Source of the DNA: Azolla caroliniana
Taxonomy: Eukaryota > Plantae > Polypodiophyta
DNA length: 64,000 bases
NCBI GenBank assembly: GCA_043228905.1
Contig: JBHGNT010000007.1
Span: 15,004,001 to 15,068,000, forward strand
Direction: 5' to 3'
Below, piece after piece: positions 61,201-64,000 of this stretch (positions within the stretch are counted from its first letter, which is position 1; each line of letters starts with the position of its first letter). The notes below the pieces were generated by a model, which did not search any database, had not been told where the DNA came from, and saw only the letters and a program-made list of their open reading frames with translations. The translations under genes were made by a program, and so were the position numbers.

Positions 61201-61828
61201 TTCGTGAATCCCACGAGTGTATTGTATTCGATTAATCAATATTTAGATAAGAATATGTATTTAGATTGAAAGAAAGATATAAGAAACTTGTGAATCCCAC
61301 AAGTATAGATTATATTATTTTCGTGAATCCCACGATTATATTAATCGGTTGGTGTTTTCGGAAATATATCCAATTTCCAAATATTTCACACACAATTACA
61401 TTGTGCTCCCCATCCTTATGTAGTGATGAGGAAGTCTTAGTAATCCATGCTTTTTTCTCTAACTATAGACCCCATGCTTTTCCTATAGATAGACTATATG
61501 CTTTATCTAAAGTGATCATGCTTTTTCTAACTTGTGCGTTTTTTATCATGCACGCTAGATGTGTATGTGTAGCTTTTTCTTTTGGTATGCGTTTTTCTAA
61601 TGTTTATCCTAGCGTGAATTTACCTTTCTATGTGGGACATCTATGCTTTAACACTAATGAAATGCTAGTGTAATGGTAAGACATTACATTATTAACATGG
61701 AGGTGCAAGGTTCGAATCTTGCCCTATGCATGTTTCATTTATTTTGCTATTTTCTTCTATTTCTTCATTTTTTATTGAATCTAATACTATATACGTTTTT
61801 CACGTAGTGTACAAAATACACTACGACA
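58259..61828 (-). mobile_element. Young non-autonomous gag-only LTR element Z (3570 bp)
   Basis: 756-bp LTRs 58259-59014 and 61073-61828 (TGTCG..CGACA; two differences seen), 4-bp TSD ACGT (58255-58258, 61829-61832), PBS TGGTGAACCCGACGTGAA (61068-61051) complementary to the plant tRNA-Trp 3' end, PPT GGAGGGGGTGAG next to 59014. Confidence 0.93.
59016..61034 (-). CDS. Gag-like protein with acidic then basic low-complexity tail (672 aa from first internal ATG)
   Basis: GQFNRNDVSCYLRDY..EM / TWGSFEEALRE / FLEFEHRFARLS capsid-like N-terminus; frame open from inside the 5' LTR (GTG 61214) to a TGA within the PPT; no PR, RT, RH or IN motifs. Confidence 0.7.
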   Translation of the reverse strand: MENQQEAMSITMMMMFKRMLQEQRAMSEITGAVKRLVQRNGQFNRNDVSCYLRDYKAEMIRCGIPEGLQVTSFSRVATDELQERIYKIRQQNPTWGSFEEALREASDYKRSKGKDRREFDEWVASEKTHQSATQAFLEFEHRFARLSERERRLVGEDKVLMFVRSIDRKERMDIGIELEDDDGANGLTEDCAKVERVCRRHDERKLRISSTTTWPMKDGRLRKNDEANMKAEIQHDGTTGERVEQDTHSSCERTMAKDKADNSSVEGNFGIQVPETSGQKGVSIIDVCIIDADKECEADVIKEVATKDEIESEVAMDESMADCHIETSPPLIPETPAVAIERQRETEETEGGGEKTNVEADEYDEEIAEKNAKGETTKEGNTEDSCQQYLETSAVVSENQRETGETGDGGEEGKVGSRFRWKMIHPKFQSKRKCDNAEVGSTTGEARNTEHALRRIKKRVLWRIKKHALRREKKHALQPHEDRTTSTYRRTYVANNGKKCRKSNRTRQVKTKKRKQIRTKRKEKKPTRKSTESVKTDQPSPDRPNTNRKGSRTKQKTIRRDRIGSKLIRLKSEKKSRLMKKRKRARKDTTADDKDQAGHAKSERRLWWIGCRQWFGWKEWMCSKWRDKVNITREVEGTTSRQRNQSGRDRTEETNKHQQLRHIPEDVRVWRG

Positions 61829-62159
61829 ACGTGTGTCATGCGCCACATGACATCTATTTGGTGAACCAGACATGAACAACACAAGGTGATAATGGAGGCA
61901 ACACGAATGATGGATGTGGTCTTGCTTACGACTTAGAGGAGTCGATTAGAATAGAAGGTGGTCCAAGGCTCGTAATCCTTCCATTTGTAAGGAAGGCCAT
62001 CGAAATGTTGTTGCATGATGATAAGGATAGAGAGATGGAGTATCTCAAGCTGGCAAGGAAAGTCGAAAGACTATATCAAGAAGTTCCGGATTGGTACGAA
62101 GTGGTTATGACGTCAAGATTCGGGCCTTAACCTTTTCATGGTTTACTCAACAATGATGA

Positions 62160-62830
62160 AGCTGAAGATGATCAAGATGATCACGATTATTGTCATGAAG
62201 AGACTTTCAACGAAGAATGTGGGCTCATAAGGAAAGATGGAGATATTCGAGGATGCGGTTGTGAAGAGAGACACGACGAAGAATGTGGGCTCAAGAGGGA
62301 AGATCAAGATATTCGAGGACGTGATCATGAAGAGACATACGACAAAGAACGTGGGATCAAGACAAAAGATCAATATATTCGAGGATGTGATCGTGAAGAG
62401 ACATGCGATGAAGAACAAGGGTTAAAAATGGAAGAACGAGATATTCAAGGATGCGATCATGAAGAAGAACGTGGGCTTCACAAGAGAGATTGACATCCCT
62501 ATGGTCATTACGAGGGTCATTGCAAACTCGACAAAAGAGAAACATGTGACAAAGAACACGATCTTGAAGGGAGAGATTGTGATTGTCATCATGAAGATCA
62601 TTGCAAACTCAAGAGAAGAGACAGATGCACTAAAGAAGGATACAATAATGAAGAGAGATGCGATGACGAATGTGGGCTCAAGAGGGAAGATCGAGAAGGA
62701 TGCGATCATGAAGAGACATGCGGTGTAGAAAGTGGGCTAGAGGGGAAAGACCAAGATACTCGAGGATGCAGTCATGAAGAGACATGTGACAAAGAACACG
62801 GGCTTGAGGAGAAAGATCAAGATCTACATG
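62160..62830 (+). repeat. Degenerate 66-bp (22-codon) tandem repeats in element Y
   Basis: GAAGAATGTGGGCTCAAGAGGGAAGATCAAGATATTCGAGGATGCGATCATGAAGAGACA-type units recur (EECGLKREDQDIRG.DHEET.D). Confidence 0.85.
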
Positions 62831-64000
62831 GTTATGATAAAGACAAAGATCATTACAAACTCACAAAGAGTGCTCGAGATCTACAAGATTATGATCGTGG
62901 AAAAGATTACTATAAACTCAAGAGGAGAAATCAAGGTCGAGCTCTTCATGGTTGTGCTACACTCGAAAGTCGTGATGGTGAGAGAAGTTGGAATCTAGAC
63001 TCTCATGGTTTAAATTGTGATGACGAGTCTGGTAGGTTTAATGAGGGCCTCAAACAAGAGGAGAAGTTAGGAAGAGACGAAAACTTTACATTTAAACGTG
63101 ATGATAGTGACGATAATAACGATACACACGATTTAGGGCTTGATGATAGTAAGAGAGAGTTTATTATTGATGGTGAGAGTGAGTGCCAAGAGAAGAATGA
63201 GGGTTATGATGATAAAAAGTTTTGCACTTTCTGTGGATATGGTTATGATAAGGGTAATGAAGAGGGTGAGAGTGATGAAGAAGAATTGTGTGTTTTAGGT
63301 TGCCTTGGTTTTCTTCGGGATAGATTTTATAAGAGTTTCACTAAATCAAATGGTGACATTCATGAGGATATCCATTATGAAAATAGAATAGGGATTTGTG
63401 ATGATGAGGGCATTCTACAAAAATATGTCCATGATGATGTAGGGTTACTTAATGATCATAAGGGTATAAGTAAGGAAAATCTAGAAAATGTTATTTGGGA
63501 TGTGTATAATGATGATGTTGATGTTGTGAGTATGTGTGGGAAGGATGGGATTAAGGTTGATAAGATTGAGGATAATCTAGAAAATGTTATGATGGTTTGG
63601 GATGTGTATGATGATAATGTTGGTGTTGTGAGTGTGTGTAGGAAGGATGAGTTTAGGGTAGATGATATTGAATATGATGGTTATCTCGTGATAAATAATT
63701 TGGAGACTAAAGATGTTAACTCAAAGGATGACTATAATGATGATGTAAGTATAATTTACATTGAGGTTGTTATCGAAGAAGATGATGTTGTAGTAAAATG
63801 GATGGTTATTACTTATGAAGAAGAAAGGAAAGAAGTGATTATGAGGACTACCCATGGGAAGGAAGGGAAAGATGCATCAAGATGGTGGGATGTTCAACTA
63901 AACAGAGGAGGTTGTATTGCCAATGTTTCCATCTCCCATCTCAAAGAAAAGGATTGGCTAATAAGAAGAAGCACCCGATCTTTGGATTTGGTTCGACAAG

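Larger units (their letters stand above)
57290..64000 (+). mobile_element. LTR retrotransposon Y (tRNA-Trp PBS), 5' LTR split by element Z; runs off the window
   Basis: LTR 57290-58258 + 61833-61852 (TGTCGTG..CATGACA, ~989 bp), TATATAA 57689-57695, degenerate Trp PBS TGGTGAACCAGACATGAA 61859-61876, followed by decayed gag-like and acidic repetitive coding sequence. Confidence 0.7.

Noticed and set aside
61073-61214. Signal-peptide/env-like N-terminus (MGFTKFLSLFLIIYSLL) on the element Z ORF
   Set aside because: It starts at GTG inside the LTR and derives from CT-rich LTR sequence; the first ATG (61034) follows the PBS, as expected for gag.

Overview
Land-plant nuclear DNA; the element types suggest a non-seed plant such as a fern or lycophyte, but that is inference. 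There are four host genes: a 5-exon GDSL esterase/lipase (7553-12559 +), an intronless 229-aa protein of unknown function (16931-17620 -), a 10-exon COG0523/CobW metallochaperone GTPase of the PTAC17/ZNG1 type with a GC-AG first intron (34820-40424 +), and an intronless 1214-aa four-finger C2H2/EAR repressor of the DAZ1/ZAT3 type (43780-47424 -). Two nests of LTR retrotransposons lie between them. The first (19.4-33.8 kb) is Copia > Copia > Tcn1-like Gypsy. The second (52.9-64 kb) is a Copia carrying a 263-bp x5 array, followed by an LTR fragment and two related tRNA-Trp-primed elements, the inner one very young, gag-only, with a 4-bp TSD. The most unusual signal is a set of tRNA-derived A-box/B-box (Pol III-type) modules built into the LTRs of three different non-Copia elements, each antisense near the U3 start. 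Similar modules form a free-standing two-headed SINE-like repeat. All coordinates and comparisons were made by eye.
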